This document shows positions 1 to 14,160 of a stretch of DNA of 64,000 nt, piece after piece (positions within the stretch are counted from its first letter, which is position 1; each line of letters starts with the position of its first letter). The translations under genes were made by a program, and so were the position numbers. Source of the DNA: Takakia lepidozioides (Eukaryota; Plantae; Bryophyta); the NCBI GenBank assembly GCA_030704615.1, contig CM060732.1:49414001-49478000 (forward strand), written 5' to 3'. Under the pieces are notes generated by a model. That model ran no database searches. It was not told the DNA's origin and was given only the letters and a program-made list of their open reading frames with translations.

Positions 1-976
1 AATGGAGGGTGGAGGCGGGAGTCTAGAGGTATGTGAACAGGGCTTTCATTTTAAAGTCAAGTGGTCAAAGGGATTGCTCAAATATGTTTCTTTTTTGCTA
101 ATAGAGCATGAGCGATCACAATGAAATCATGTATATGCATACATTCATCTGCAGTGAGCAGGATTTTTTACTATTCTGATACATATAGCAGTGGTTGTTT
201 ACATGTCGTGTGAAAGCTTGGTCTGAAAACAAGGAATAATGTTTTGCATTTCTAACTTGTAGTTGGGGTCTGTGAAAGGACAAATATAGGTGAGGTATGG
301 AGCATGCTTTGTATACTGTGTATCCCAGAACAGAATGCTAGAGAAAGACACGATTAAACAAACTGTTCTGGGGCTGTTGTTTGCAAATGCTGCATGCAGT
401 TGTGAACTGGGGTGGTTAGTCCACGGGCCGAGTCCTTTGCACCGGCAGTGCTTGCTCTGGTAAGGTGGCTGCGTAAAATATGCGTAATTAGTTTTGAAGG
501 CAATGGAGCCACAATGTGTCTAGGTTGCATGTTAGGTCTGTTGTGAGAAATGAGGGCTAGTCAGTATCAGGTTGACTCCAGTGTTGTGTATGCATGGGGC
601 GGACAGGGCATCAAAATGCCGGGCATCCGTAGGACTGGTCTGTGGGTATTTTATTTTTGTGAGAACTGCTGGGAGGGTTGTTAGACAGAAAACCCATTTG
701 AAAAGGGTATTCCATTGGGGGTATTCGAAGATGTTTGAATTGATATAGTTATTCATAGACATTTCCAGAAAAACATGTACCTGGTTGATACCCAAAACTG
801 GTAGGTATGGACTCTGCAATATCCAGAACCGGCGGGTATTAGAAAATCAATGCGGTACCTGGAAGTGTGGGATGTTAAAGTTCAAACCATAGGGGATCTA
901 CAAAAGTTCATACCCACACAATCCATAGGTAGACTCATTCAATATTTACGTACTGTGCTAATCAAGATGGCTACCA

Positions 977-2640
977 ATGCAGGCTTGCCAGTCCCTCCTG
1001 AAGATGCCTGGTCGAGTCCTAAAGCGACCTCCATCCCTGATGCTGAACACAAGCCACAGTTCTGAGGATCCTACAGAGCACATGGTGTCTTCGTCTGCAG
1101 GGTCACCCTTGGAGTCCCCTAAAGAGCATCAATCCTCATTCGAAGCATCTGAAGAAGGGGTCAACAACCTAGATAACAAGCTCAAGCTACTGAGAGCTGT
1201 GCAGCACAATGTCTCCAGTCGTACTCTCACTACTCTTGCCTCAGAGCATATCCAACTGAACTCCAAGCAAAAGAGTAAACAAGAAGAAGCCGTCCTTGCT
1301 GAAGATGGCAAAATAATCATGCACAATGCCAACTATTACTCAACCGTACTTGATGCAACATCACCCATGGATCTCAGCATTGAGCAACAAGCCATTGCCA
1401 ATCAGTGGCATGAGAGATCCCAGATGGGTGATGTATCAGCGTCTCACAATGATGACAATAAATTCAGATATGGCAACGGTGTTCACATGGCCGCACTTGC
1501 CGGGGTGGAGCCTGAGGTGGCATATCCTACAGGTTACTATTCCTCTCAGACAACCATTTGCCTCAAGCCCCCCTCAAATGGCATGTACAGTAGTCAGCAA
1601 ATTACCAGAGGTTGCTTCGATTCTTCCATTCAAGGGGCACCACCAGGGATTAATGATGGACAGGAGAATCATGGAGTTATAAGTAGGAGGAGCACATACA
1701 TGTTAAACGATGTAGTTCTGGAGGAGCATTTTGAGAAAGGAGGAATGTTCGACCTACGGGAGGGGGACCATGATGACAGTGCAAGCTTATTTTCTGAAGG
1801 TGGTCTATCTGTGGAGACTGACATCCCATCTCTTACCATTGTAGATCAGAATAAGAAGGCACAATCAAGTTCAAACCGGCTTCAACATGGAGGTGAAAGG
1901 AGGTGAGTACTGTGATGAGAAATGTGTACCATCTACATGCCTGGAAGTTCACTGTAACAAGGTATGCCTGTGTTGTTCCGTGGACTGTTACCAGTGCGAA
2001 CTGCCAATTCACTCTAGTTGGGTGACTCGGACATTTGGTAAGGAGATGCTTGAATTGGGGTTCAAGGGTTAATGTAGGCTTTCCACTTTAGGGTTAGGTG
2101 CCAGCCCATGCCACTTGTATACCATGTATTATGTTAGCTGCAAACCAGAAAGAAAGAGAAGAGATTCATATCATCGACCACGCTCGGGGTTTATGCAGTG
2201 TTTTGTTTGCAATAAATTGCATCTCTGTGTCATCGTGCCTCAGCTTGCCTATTTGCAGTCATCCCTCCCTGCTTGCTCTTATGCATCTATACATGAATTG
2301 TAGAGCACTACTCCAAACACAAGTGCCTCGGCCCCCAGTGAGGAGTGACCTAAAGTTATCACCAGTGAGAAGTGATCGTAAACTATCAGTAGGAGGGCAA
2401 ACACAAGGGCAAGGGCGCTTACGCAGATCTACAAATGTGGGGTCCATTGCTGCTTCCACGGACAAGACTCCATCAAAGTGGGGTGTTTTGCTTGGAGGAA
2501 ATCCTGCCCCTGATGCTGGTTTAGCTGGTATGTCAATAGGTGTTGAACTTGTTGGTGCCAGTCATACAACAGATAAGTTGGTGACTTTATTAATATCTAC
2601 TATTTGCTTGCAGAGTTATCATACATACACCTATGTCTAA
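977..2640 (+). CDS. 3' exons of an unidentified host gene (Ser-rich, low complexity); 5' boundary and stop uncertain
   Basis: 309-aa ORF 977-1906 ends at donor AG|GTGAGT (intron 1903-2303). Acceptor TTGTAG| restores the frame (..GER-R-ALLQTQVPRPP..) into ORF 2098-2640. No family motif recognised. Confidence 0.5.
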
Positions 2641-3488
2641 TGAATGATACTAAGTTTTAAAATAATCAAGTAGTGCTTAGATGAAATGCAAGGAGGTGAA
2701 ATTCCCGGGGTTTTGGATCTTTGGCTATTGTACACCCTGTAAGATGGCGTGGTAACACAAATTTTCAAACCTGTAGGCTCCCTGGGTAAATTTGGTGGTT
2801 GCCAAGGGCAATTGTGTTGGATTGCAAAAGCATTTTGGATCTGCTTTTGACACCTTACTTTTGTGGCTGGTTTGTCTTGCACAGTATTCCAGGATGGAGT
2901 GCAGGAAAGTAGTCCATATGACACTTCCTTAAAGTCACGGATCCCTTTCAAATCATCAAAGCGATGGATTTGAGCATTTTGTACAGTTTCCGTACCATTT
3001 TTTAGCACCTCTTCTAGAAGTTCATCAGCATGGGCAGAGGGGAAGACAGCTTTGCTCAGCACAACTGAAAAAGGAGCTCTTATGAAGAACATGCCCTTTC
3101 AACGAGATTCCTTGTCACTAGGTGCAGTCGTCTGTAGTCTGTACCCTGACTTCTGAAACGTCCTCTGCAGGCGTTTGTACTCTCAGCCCTGATTTATTCT
3201 GCTTAGAGGGGAATCATATGTCTAACCATTATCTACCATCTCCTGAGATTGCTTGGGAACTTGCTATCAAACAAGCATTCTCTAGGTTCGGTTCTGGGTT
3301 TTGAGGTTGTCTAAACTGATTTGTATACTTGCAAATGGTTTGTGCGGTTAGTAGCCAACCAGGAGTTGACATCCATTTTCTTCACATAGCAACCTAGATT
3401 TCGTTATTCATTATTTGGAATCTTTCAACACAGATTTGTTGGAGACGGATTTTCCAGTTTTATATGCCCACAAAGGCTAACTGTTGGA

Positions 3489-3508
3489 GTGTGTGTGTGT
3501 GTGTGTGT
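3489..3508. repeat. (GT)n microsatellite
   Basis: Direct reading of the GT run. Confidence 0.9.
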
Positions 3509-4251
3509 ATGAACAATAAGCATGGAGCTGGTTCTTAGCAATGTGTATAGCATATGAGCCATGTCTAAAGCACAGTGCAACAGTGTGTGTCCTACAGTAA
3601 CACCCCAACCTCTGGTACAGTGCATGATCAAGAGGGAGAGTCTGCTGGTCAAGATGTTGTTCCATGTGGGTGTTATGTGGTGAGGGCAAAGCCTACTAGT
3701 TAAGCCAAGGCACATGCTTCCCTTTGACTGGATGTTGGTAGGTGATGCTCATCACATCTGAGGTTATCGGTGACCACATTACGGAAAGGTGGCCACACGT
3801 AATCACTTGATTCACGCATCCGCGGATTGGAAGCTCGCAAGTTAAGAGGCAGCACAAGTGTTTGCAGGTAAACAGTCTGGAGGACACGAGTGTAGGTTCC
3901 GTTTATCACACTTGTCTTGTCAACTGGTGTGGCTGCCAAGTGGCGGGCCACCCTGCGGACTGATGGAAAGTGGAGCTGTGCAGCCGTGCCTCCTTACAAA
4001 GACAAGAGAGAGAGAGCGTGTGTTTCGTTTGACCGTGTCTGGAAGCTGCGACGAGAGAAACAGATGTTTGTGGAGGTTTGTGGGGGACAGTAGGATGAAT
4101 CTGTTGGAGGGTCTGCACAGGGCGATGGTCTTTCTGCTGCTGTTGAGCCTCTTGTCATCTACAATTCTAATCTGATACTAGTCAGTCGCCTCGCTGCAAT
4201 CGTCTTTTACCTGCAACCTGATCTATATACGTAAGATCTCTCTGGGATCTG

Positions 4252-4254
<3 letters not shown>

Positions 4255-4285
<31 letters not shown>
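4255..4285. repeat. (CT)n microsatellite
   Basis: Direct reading; a second (CT)n run lies at ~5243-5261 inside an egt1 intron. Confidence 0.9.
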
Positions 4286-4288
<3 letters not shown>

Positions 4289-4654
4289 CTGAATATCCAA
4301 GGAAGATTCTCATGCTTTACATTGTTGCCGGAGGAACATCTTGGACGATTGAATAATTTGCTATCTGCGCGCAGGTATATGTGATCATCTGGAAAGTGCT
4401 CGCTTACCAAGTTTTTTTCCCGCTCCTCATTTCTCTGGCTCTTCCGCATGCAAGATTTTGCCAATATGTCAGTTCATTAATTTACGTGAACAACTCAACA
4501 ACGTGAGGTTCTATATACATGTGTATCTCTTCGGTGTTTGTGTGTAGTAGTACGTAATGGGCAGCGTCTTAGACACTGCTGTTGAGGCCTCTGAATGCAA
4601 ATTCCTTTCACAAGACACTCACGCACATATAATGTACATAACAGGTAAATAAAG

Positions 4655-7265
4655 CTTTCTATTCGCATGAAGATGCTCAAGGCCCTGCAGCGAAATGACA
4701 ACAAGGAAATACCCTTCAGCGTCTTGTATAGCAAAAAGGGCTCGGAGCTTTACGAAGAGATCACAAGCCTGCAGGAGTACTACCCATTTGCTGCCGAGGC
4801 GGATATGATGGCGAGACACGCGGATGAGACAGCTGTGCACATTCCTGCAGGCAGTGTAGTGGTTGAACTGGGGTGCGGCACTGCCCGCAAGACTTCCTAC
4901 ATTCTGTCCGCAATCAAGGCCCGCCATGGAAGGTATCCTAAGGATTGACGTATCGGGGCCAGTCTTGCAAGAAGCTCGAAAGAACCTTTTGCGCGAAGTA
5001 GAAGGACTGAGGCCAGAGAATTTAACATTCGTCCAAGCCGATTACCTGGAGGGGCTGCGGCTAGTGCGGGAACGCTACCCACATGACATGCTCTGTATCA
5101 TATGGCTGGGCAGCAGCGTGGGAAATCTCTCGGAGGCTGGTGCCATAGCCTTTTTCCGAGATGTCCTCAGAATAATTGGCTCCCATAGTCAGTTCTTGCT
5201 CTGCACTGGTATGGCATCAATCTCTCCCATTCCTCCATCTGCCTCTCTCTCTCTCTCTCTCGATTTCGCTTTTCTTCACCTCCCCTAGATGCTAACAGAG
5301 CCTGCTAAGTGCTCGACAGGTTTTCCATTCAAATGACGTATGTGCGATGATGTGTTCTGCAGATATGTGGAAGGAGGCGGATACCACGACAAGCAGGGAT
5401 TGACTGAGATGTTTATCAAGACTGGTTTGAGCAATGCATTGGCTTTGGTGGGCCATGAAACCACCGCTGACGAGGAGCGGTCATGGGGTTATGAGGTTGA
5501 CATCAACAAGCACCTGCACCGTGTTGAGTACCTGCGGTTCCCCCGGGACTGACAATTTTGGATGGCCATGTTCGCATCAGGTAAAGTACCCAGTGATGCA
5601 ATTTCGACATACAGATGCTTCGGCTGTCACGGATTCTCAGCAAAGAATGCTACTATCTCGAATTTGAATGAAGGGGCTTGGCGAACATGTATATTTTCAA
5701 ACTTGTCTCATGCAAAAGAATGAGGCAGGTCGTGACCTTTCTTTCCTTTCCAAAGATCACGAGAGACTCAAACCCCCTGGTTCGCCCAATTAAGATATAA
5801 TATTCGTACTGTCAATGTTGCAGGCCTGGCGAGAGAGTGTTAATTGAACTGTCAAGGAAATTCACACTGAGCAATTTGCAGCATCTGGCCAGTAAGTCTG
5901 GCTTCCATATCCATGCGGCGTGGCTCAACAATACGTGGGGAATGCAAATGCTAATTCCATTCAAGGAGGCCCTTTTGCGGTGCTGGGAAGACACTGACAA
6001 TTTTTTCTCAGAGATCAAGGATTGGAGTGTGAAGCCTATTGACGTTCGACACCCATTTTGCTTTTACTAGTAAGCTTTCCGGATCCAATCTTTGATTCAA
6101 TTTTCCTTTGACGACTTCCCCGCTTCTGATGTATCTGTATCCTCGGAATCAAACGCCTGCTAACATGTATTGTACTCGTTCTGTTTTGGTAGTGGTCACA
6201 TGAGCGCATTTGCAAAGCAGAAGTTCTTGCCCCATGAGCCTTCATCACAGCTGGATGTTACGTTCTCTCGGGGTATGGATCCCATTGTTCTTGATTCTTC
6301 TAAATGTCACAAGCACCCAGAAGCGCCGCCGACGTGGCCTACCAGGGAGGAAGTAGTCGCATATGTCCAAAACGCAAGGAGTATTCTGTTGGACGCCACA
6401 GCCAGTGCCAAGATAAGCTCTCGCCTCATGACCCTGGCGCTGGAGCATGATAGAATGCACCTGGAAACTTTGTCCTACATGCAAGTGCAGGAGCGAAGAT
6501 TGGCTTTTGAGAAGAATATGTCAGCCAATCCATCCAGGAAGACGAACAATGGGGTTGAGCCAAACATGGTGGTCCCCAATTATACGAAACCTGAAACGCA
6601 TCCTACCAGGAAGGGTGGTGCTTGGTGCGGATGCTAAAGATGGAGTCTTTCTGTGGGACAACGAGTATCCTCAGTTTTCCACCTGTGTGTCTGAACCTTT
6701 TCTAGTGAGCCCCATGCCTGTCACAGTGGGTGAATTTTACCGATTTGTCTTGGATGGGGGCTATGAGAGAGAGGAGTTCTGGAAGCCTGTAGATTTCCAA
6801 TTCTTCAAGAAAGAGGGTTGGAAGTGCCCAGCTACTTGGACTATGGCAGACGGGGAGTGCTTTGTTCACAGCACCCAATCATCGGACCACTGGTCCAAGG
6901 TAATCGACCAGCCCGTCTTCGCGAGCTTGTCCGAGGCCGAAGCTTTTTGCAAGTGGGTGGGGTGTCGGATTATGACAGAGGCTGAGTACCATCGAATTCT
7001 GGAAAGCGATCAGTCAATTGAAATTCAGAGTCTCCGAAATGGCGGGTGGGAGTGGACCACGACCTCCTTTCAGCCCTTCCCAGGCTTCGAAGTTATGGCA
7101 GAGTACCCCGAATATTCCAGTGACTTTTTTGATGGCTCTCACTACGTCTTGAAGGGTGCTTCGCCAGTAACGCATCCAAGTCTGCAGAGGGATTCTTTTC
7201 GCAATTTTTATCAGCGACAGTATCGTTATGTCTCCGCCAAATTCAGGGTTGTAAAGGTTGAGTAG
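4655..7265 (+). pseudogene. egt1: Egt1-like ergothioneine biosynthesis fusion (EgtD histidine trimethyltransferase + EgtB-type DinB/FGE sulfoxide synthase), frameshifted
   Basis: EgtD motifs: LYSKKGSELYEEITSLQEYYP, VVELGCGTARKT, IDVS, WLGSSVGNL, YHDKQGLT, ELSRKF. Sulfoxide synthase motifs: KPIDVRHPFCFY|YGH (intron 6070-6192), RGMDP..CH, EHDRMHLE (HX3HXE), WDNEYP, GGWEWT, SFRNFYQ. GT-AG introns at ~5209-5361, ~5581-5823 and 6070-6192. Frame breaks near 4935, 5378, 5546 and 6590. Confidence 0.88.
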
Positions 7266-8001
7266 GTTGCATGGCAGTGGTTTTCAGAATGTGTATATAA
7301 AACAGGTGGGTCCACACTTGCTTGAAGCTTTGCACCCTCTTCCAAACCTCCAGTCCATATGAAATGGACCGTCTCACCCCAGCTTGGCAGCCTAGGTACA
7401 TCAACATTGCCTCCCCTTTGTCCAGTCACTCGCTGGAACTGCAGCTAATGTGTACAGAAACTGCATTTAGACTCTCATGTGAATCATCGGTGCAAATAAA
7501 TTTGAGGTAGTAGATTTGCAAAACTGAGAGAGAAGAACTATTTAAACTTGAAGTGGCCATTTGAGTTTGAAGTTGGCGGTAAGGATGTAGCTCCGTGTTT
7601 CACACTCTCTGGGGACGAAGCGTTGGGACTTAGACGTTTCGGCCAACCGGGTCAGTTTAGTGCCTCTTGTTCTGCGTGTACTGGACTCTTTATGGAGTCG
7701 TCTCTTCCGTTAATGGTATGACACCATCATCTGTCTTGGTCAAAATCTATGAATAGGCTGGCATATTTGGCTCTGACGGGTGAAATCGCTGAGCAGTTTT
7801 GATGGCCCTGTGATTGTCATGATTTCCTCGCCCTCCTTTCCATTCCCCCTCTTCCCACCTATGACCGGTTCCGTCACTTCTTACTCTCGGACGCCTCCCC
7901 TCCTTCTTGGCTTCAGGCTTCTTACACACTTTTAAGTGTTTTTGGTTTCTTCTGCACCTTTAGCGCTGGAATCCTTGCCTCAACCAATAAATTCTGAGAA
8001 C

Positions 8002-8058
8002 CAGGCCTCATGTAAGTAACAGTAACAATCTCAGGCCTCATGGAAGTAACAGTAACAA
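8002..8058. repeat. Short tandem duplication (CAGGCCTCATG-AAGTAACAGTAACAA x2)
   Basis: Two near-identical ~27-bp copies about 31 bp apart. Confidence 0.8.
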
Positions 8059-11000
8059 GGGAGAGGTGGAGATGGCAAGATGATAGTGGGACGCAGGGGA
8101 AGACACATTATTCTTCCCCTTCAATCTTTATCTCCACTTTTTGGCAAAATTCCCAATAAAATATGCAAATTGGTACCCATTCTGCAGTTAGTATACCTTT
8201 TGTGGCAATATATCCGATTTCAGCGTATGTCATTCCACTTGCAAAAAGCAAGTACGCCGTTAGTTGATCCAATACAAATGTCACACTCGGACACCTTGCG
8301 CGTATGATGTATCTTGATTTGCCCCCAAACTCAACAGTGAGATTCAAGTGATGAGGAGTATCTGGGCCAGTTTTGGGTAACCTCTGATTATACTTGGTAC
8401 TCCTTCATAACACCTGTACTGCACCGAGAATCTATGAGCTACCGGCTTGAATTGTGCATGTAAAAATAAGTGAGAAAATCTATATGTTCCTTAAGGGCAT
8501 GCATATGTTCTGAAAACTAGCCCATCATACCCTCTTCTCTATTGTGGGAGCCCTCACATGTGTGTTTGGTGTGCACTTGGTAGGTTTTGCAAGCATTCCA
8601 GAAGTATGGAGAGAGATTGCTACAGATTGAGACGACAATCCAGAACTGAACATGGATGGCACGATGTCAAACCGCGTGGGCCCTGCGAAAATTCCCTACA
8701 CTCTGTTGTACTCTACATCCGGACCTGGTCTGACAGGAATGGGTGTTCTCAAGAGTGTTTCCATCTTAGTCTTTCAAATATGACTACAGGCAAGAGCTGC
8801 CAGGACATCAAACTTTGTTGGACATCAAACTTCCTTGCCTTCCAGCTTTTCTCTCTCAGACCCTCATAGCCTTCTGCCAAGAGAGTCAAATGTGAAGCTT
8901 ATTTCATGGCAATCCAACAACCAGAGCTCTGCTCTCAGATGCTACAAACACTGACATCTAACCAGTTCGAGCATGGACTCAATTGCAAACAGGGAAGCTA
9001 CGCTGTAAACCAAAAAAAAACTGATGAAAGCATTTTTGGGAGCCGTTAGTAGTTAAATTACCCTTAAATAAGTAGGTAGGAATTTCATGGTGGAATTTTA
9101 CATGGAGTATGTATTAACGGATTAAATATTTAGGATGAATCGATGGAATAGTCATTAATAGATGAATGGTTGGCGCATAATATAATAACATATGACGCCT
9201 CCCCAAGGAACCGTAAATTATGGTGTCTCTTCAACCCCAAGGGCTAATGCCTTCATGTAGGAAGGTGGACATTTCTGTTATACCAATCAGTGGATTGAAC
9301 CCACAACCACTTCCGAGGTGGTATGTACCCAATACCAGGGGGCATTTGTGGAATTTAGTCATGGGTTTTACCATGAATAGATGCAACACTTCTTCAAGGT
9401 TTGTACATTTCTTACACAATGTAGTTGTAAAAGTTCATTCATCATATGGTTCAATGTTCTGAATTTTGTTTTGAATTTGATTACAATTAATATGCATCAC
9501 AAGAAAAGTTGGATCTTCTATATTTTTAAATTCTGTTATGTTTTGATGGAAGGTTAAATGCCTCTCATTTTACAATAATTGGGACGTAATGGCGCATGCG
9601 CGAGCTGACCGGTGGGCCCCGCGCACGGACACCCGGCTCCACCCACCCGGATCCGCTGCGCGCGGTCGCCCAGCTGCTGCCGCGGCCCCACCAGCCGCAC
9701 CCGCGGCAGCCCGCCCGCACTCCGCCGTGCCCCAAGTCCGGCACTGGGGCACGGCCAGTCCGCCCGCCAGTCCGCTGCCCGTGAGTCCAGTTCCCCTCAG
9801 TCCGCCAAACCGCCAGTCTGCCGGCCAGTCCGTTGTGCACGCCAGTCCGCTGTGCCAGTCCCCACAAGTCCACCCAACAGTCCGTTGTGCCCGTCCGCTG
9901 CCCCAGTCTGCCAGTCTGCCAATCCGCGCCGGCCGAAGGATTTGGATCGTCCATTCTGAGAAACCCATTTGCGCCATCCATGTTTAGGGCATGGAAGATC
10001 GTAACATCCTGCCACGAACTCGCCCACTCGTTCTTGTTGTCTCGTTCTTGCGGCTCTTTGTTGTCCAATGTTGCAGAGGTGACTTTGCACGCATGCGGCT
10101 GTTTTTCTTGTTTAGGGCGATTTTAATGACGATGAAGGGTGTGCCTGAACATGAGAGGGCTGGCGGGGCTCTATAGCCACCATCGTGCATATGCTTCCAC
10201 TATTTTCGCCTTCGTTTTGTGCTGACGTGCTTATTTTTTAGGACGATATGTGGAAAAATTGCATGCGTTTACGGTTTGTGGTGTGTGTCCGAGGCTGAGC
10301 TCCTTCGTATGGAGCAGGAAACCATTGGTAACACGATAGCGGAAATCGCGGAAGCATATGCACGTGGGGGCGTGTATACATTGCAGAATTTATGTCCACC
10401 GATGAGACTGTTCAGTGGAGGACGTCTCTGCCACCACATGTCTGGGAACTACGGAGAGTGTGAACGGAACAGGATCCAGTCCGAAGGTCTTCAAACATCC
10501 AGATGCACCTCCTGAAACATCACATCTCAACCACTACCGTCTCCTTGAAAACTGGACAATGGGAAAGGAGATGTAGCCTGAGAGATGTGGATTCACGTTG
10601 CTTGTGGATGTTCGAGGTCCTTACGACTACAAATGCGCGTGGATCAACAGGCTCCTTGACTGCGTCTTTGTCAGTACTTTCTCTAAGCAGTGTGTTGTGC
10701 CATGAGTATAGGCATATGCAAGTCTGATGGACGGATGAAATGCAACCACGGCATGACGGCGATGCCAAGCGTGGTTCTGATGGGATATCAGTCTGGTCTG
10801 CTGGACTGTTGGTCTGTAAGGATACAAGTCTGGTGTGGCGCGAGTCTGTTCTTCACTGGACTACTGGGCCGTCACTGCCTGCCGAATTCCGAAGTGTCTT
10901 CTCTCGTCTTATCCCCGAAGTCTCTTATCTCGTCAGTCTGTTGAACCGTCGGTCAGCTGGAAGTCCGTATCTTCGGATATGAGTCCGTTTAACTACTACC

Positions 11001-13929
11001 TTTTAATTATCCGCATTGTCGTGAGTCTGCTGAGCCGTCGGACTGCTGGTCTGTCCGTCTCTTCTGATATCAGTCAGCTGGACTGTCACAAAGTCCGTCT
11101 ACTGTGGCGCAAGTCTGTTTGCGCTGGGTCTGTTGAGCCGTCATTATGATCACGTGTAAGTCTGCTGGACCTATTAATGCAACGACGGCGGGAAGGGGCG
11201 CCAGTGATCTCGCGCCGCGTCCGAACTCGGACAGAAAGTGTAGTTTACGGTTTACGGTTTACTCCTGTATCACCCGGCCGCCTAGGGGATACTTTGTCTT
11301 TTGGGATATTAGTATGTTAGAAATCAGTCTGTTGTTGCGCAAATTACTCTGCGCCAGTCTCTTCGTAAGTCTGTTGAACCTTCCGTCTCGCTGGATTGTC
11401 CGTGCAGTGGCATATGAGTCTGTTATTGCGCAAGTTTGTCTGCAGTGGGTCTGTTCGGCCGTTATGTCATTAGGTTTAAGTCTGTTGGACGTAATAAATG
11501 CAGCGACGGCGGTAAGGAGGCCCAATCACGTTGCGGCACGTCATCAGACTCCGCACCAGACTCCGCACTCGCCTTAGTCTCTTCGTCAGTCCGCTTAACC
11601 TCAGTCGTCTGTCTGTCCTTGCGGTGGCATATGAGTCTATTGTCGAGGGTACTCGGTCTTCTCGGCCGTCTTTGTCATCAGGAGTAAGTCTGCTGGACTT
11701 AATGAATGCGACGATGGCAGACTGACGATAGTCCCACTCATCCCGTCTGCTGGACTGTCCGTGCAGTGGCATACCGCCAGCACGTGTGAGAGGTCTGCAA
11801 CTATTTAATGCGATGGCGGCCAAAAAAGGGGCGCCAGTGAAATCTCGCCACGTCACTCCACGCATTCAGGGTTATACATGTTCTTCACTTCCCGCTGGAC
11901 TTTTTTCGCACTGTTTCGTTTAGGGCCCGTCCACCTCCCATTTGTGCGAGCCCGCTTTCATTTGTGCGTGTTAGCTTTTCGAGGCGCAGACAGTCGCGTG
12001 AGCACCGAATCGTCGCAACAACCGTCGCCTCCGCAACACACCCAGTGAGCTTTCCTCTCTGTGCTTTGTGCTTTGGTTTCTTTCCATTCTCTTTTCTGCT
12101 CTTCTCTGCTTTCTTGTCTTAGTCTGTCTGTCGTTCATTGCCATTGCATCTCTTGTCTGATTCTGCAGCCATGGAAGATGCTTGTGCAAAGGGTGGAGCA
12201 GACTGGTTGCATTTCATGCACAAGTCCAGGCTAAAGGAGCGAAGGTACTGGTACTCACCTGAGGAGTATGATGCAAAAATAGTCGAAGCATTCTTAGACC
12301 TCTGCGCAATCAAGCGTGCAGACTCCAACTGGCAGAAGTATAAGCTCCACTGTCCCTTCTGTAGTGAAATTATCAAGGACAAAGTGCAGCTAAACCGCCA
12401 TTGTGTTGACACGGGTTGCAAAAACAAGCGCTATATCCCACTTGGCTTCAAGCCGTGGCCAGTTCAAAGTTCAATGAGGGTGGTGAATGCGGCCACCGCC
12501 AGACTCCGTGGCGCAAACCCAAAGGCTCGCACTTTGGCAGAGGTGCACGCACGGTATGGGGTGGGTTCTACTGTTTCAATGCAAGATGTGCATGACCTGA
12601 CATCACCATCGCCTGTGGCTCCCAGAAAAAGGAAACTTAGTGATGGGGCCCAGAAGAAGGAAAGAGGAAAGCCTGCAAGGTCTGCTCGAGAGGCGAGGGC
12701 AAAATCTCAACAGCAGACTCGTCCCCAAGGCAGTCGAGAAGTGTCACGGGCTGTGCCAGGGAGACGGTCTATGCAGCGGACGCAGACCATCAGTACTTCA
12801 AGTGAGAGCCAGTCTGCTGAGCCGTCTGCAGACATCATTCGGAATGATGAATTCGTAGGTCTGAGAGGTGTCTCATCTCTCGTCGACATTGTCTTGCCTG
12901 ACCAGTCGAGGGTTCACGTGGACAAAGTCTAGTCGAAAGAGGCTACCAGTGGAGTCTGTCCTGGCACATTGTGTCTGATACCATTTGGGCTTCTCCCATT
13001 GGTGTGCCCACCAGTGGACGATCCAAACTTCTTCCATTTTTTCTACAGTTTCGCCCAGTCCGGACAGCTCAGCAGAACCATCCGAGCAGCGGAGGAAAAT
13101 TGGTTGAGCTCCCTTGAAGATGAGGAGGACGTCTGTGTCGATGATGACGAGGAGGTAATGCCCAGTCTGTCCCCACAGTTGGTAGTCTACCTTCTCTGTT
13201 TGCTGCGTCGGTCTGCTTGTGGACTTACTCGTCAGTCCCATGAGTTTGCTCGTCTTGCTTCCGGAGTCCAGTAGTACAGTCCCCTCCTGCAGTGCACTGT
13301 GCGCAAGTGTCTGTTGTCATAGAGTCTGTTGGTTCAGTCTACTATACGTGCGCAGGTGTCTCTTATCGTTGAGTTTGCTGGAGTCCGTTGGTACCTTTGT
13401 TCTGTGCCCCGATGCTTGTGAGTCTGCTCGTGAGTCCGCTGGAGTCCGCTGGTTCCTTTGTTCTCTGCCACAATGCTCGTGAGTCTGCTCGTGAATCCGT
13501 TCGTAGTTGGTAGTCTACCTGCTCGGTCTGCTGCGTCCGTCTACTTGTGGATTTGGTGGTCAGTCCCCTGCTGGAGTCCGCAAGTTCCTTTGTTCTGTGC
13601 CACGATGCTGGTGAGTCTGCTCATGAGTCTACTTGTGAGTCTGCTGCTAGTGAGTCCGATGATGAGTTTTTGGCTTTTCTGTCATATACCAGAATGAACG
13701 AGCCAGTATTCGGGAGGCCATGTGTGCTTGGCGGACGGTGACGACCCTCCTTTAGTAGTGAATGCGGTGCGCTGGGAAGTGGAGCGGGTGCGGGAGTACA
13801 TCTTGTTTAAGTACCCTGGCTCAGCAGACGCCATAGTAGCACTGGACTCTACAGACAAAGCACGCGCCAACTCCCCGGTCAACACCATACTCACTGCAGA
13901 CTCGGTGGACACAGAGCTCACCCAATCTG

Positions 13930-14160
13930 GCATCCAGCAGACTCTTGCCTAGCAGACTCTTTCCCAGCAAACTCTTTCCCACCAGACTCACAGTCAGCAC
14001 AGTCTTGTCCAGCACACTCCCATGTACCAAACTCTCGTCTAGCATACTCACATCCAGCAGACTGCCACCCAGAAGACACCCATCCACCACAGTGTTGTCC
14101 AGCGGACTCCAAGCCAACAGACTCCCATTGAGCGGACTCCTAGCCAGCAGGCTCCCATTG
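13930..14160. repeat. Degenerate 15-bp tandem repeat (CCAGCAGACTCYYNN)
   Basis: Repeated cagcagactc/cagcggactc units; translate as PSRL-type pentapeptide repeats. Confidence 0.7.

Noticed and set aside
5837-7265. OvoA (ovothiol synthase)
   Set aside because: RHP..FYYGH resembles OvoA, but OvoA has its methyltransferase at the C-terminus. Here an EgtD-type domain is N-terminal.
9565-10126. Pro/Ala/Gly-rich ORFs in six frames
   Set aside because: GC-rich repeat DNA is depleted of stop codons; no domain or splice support.
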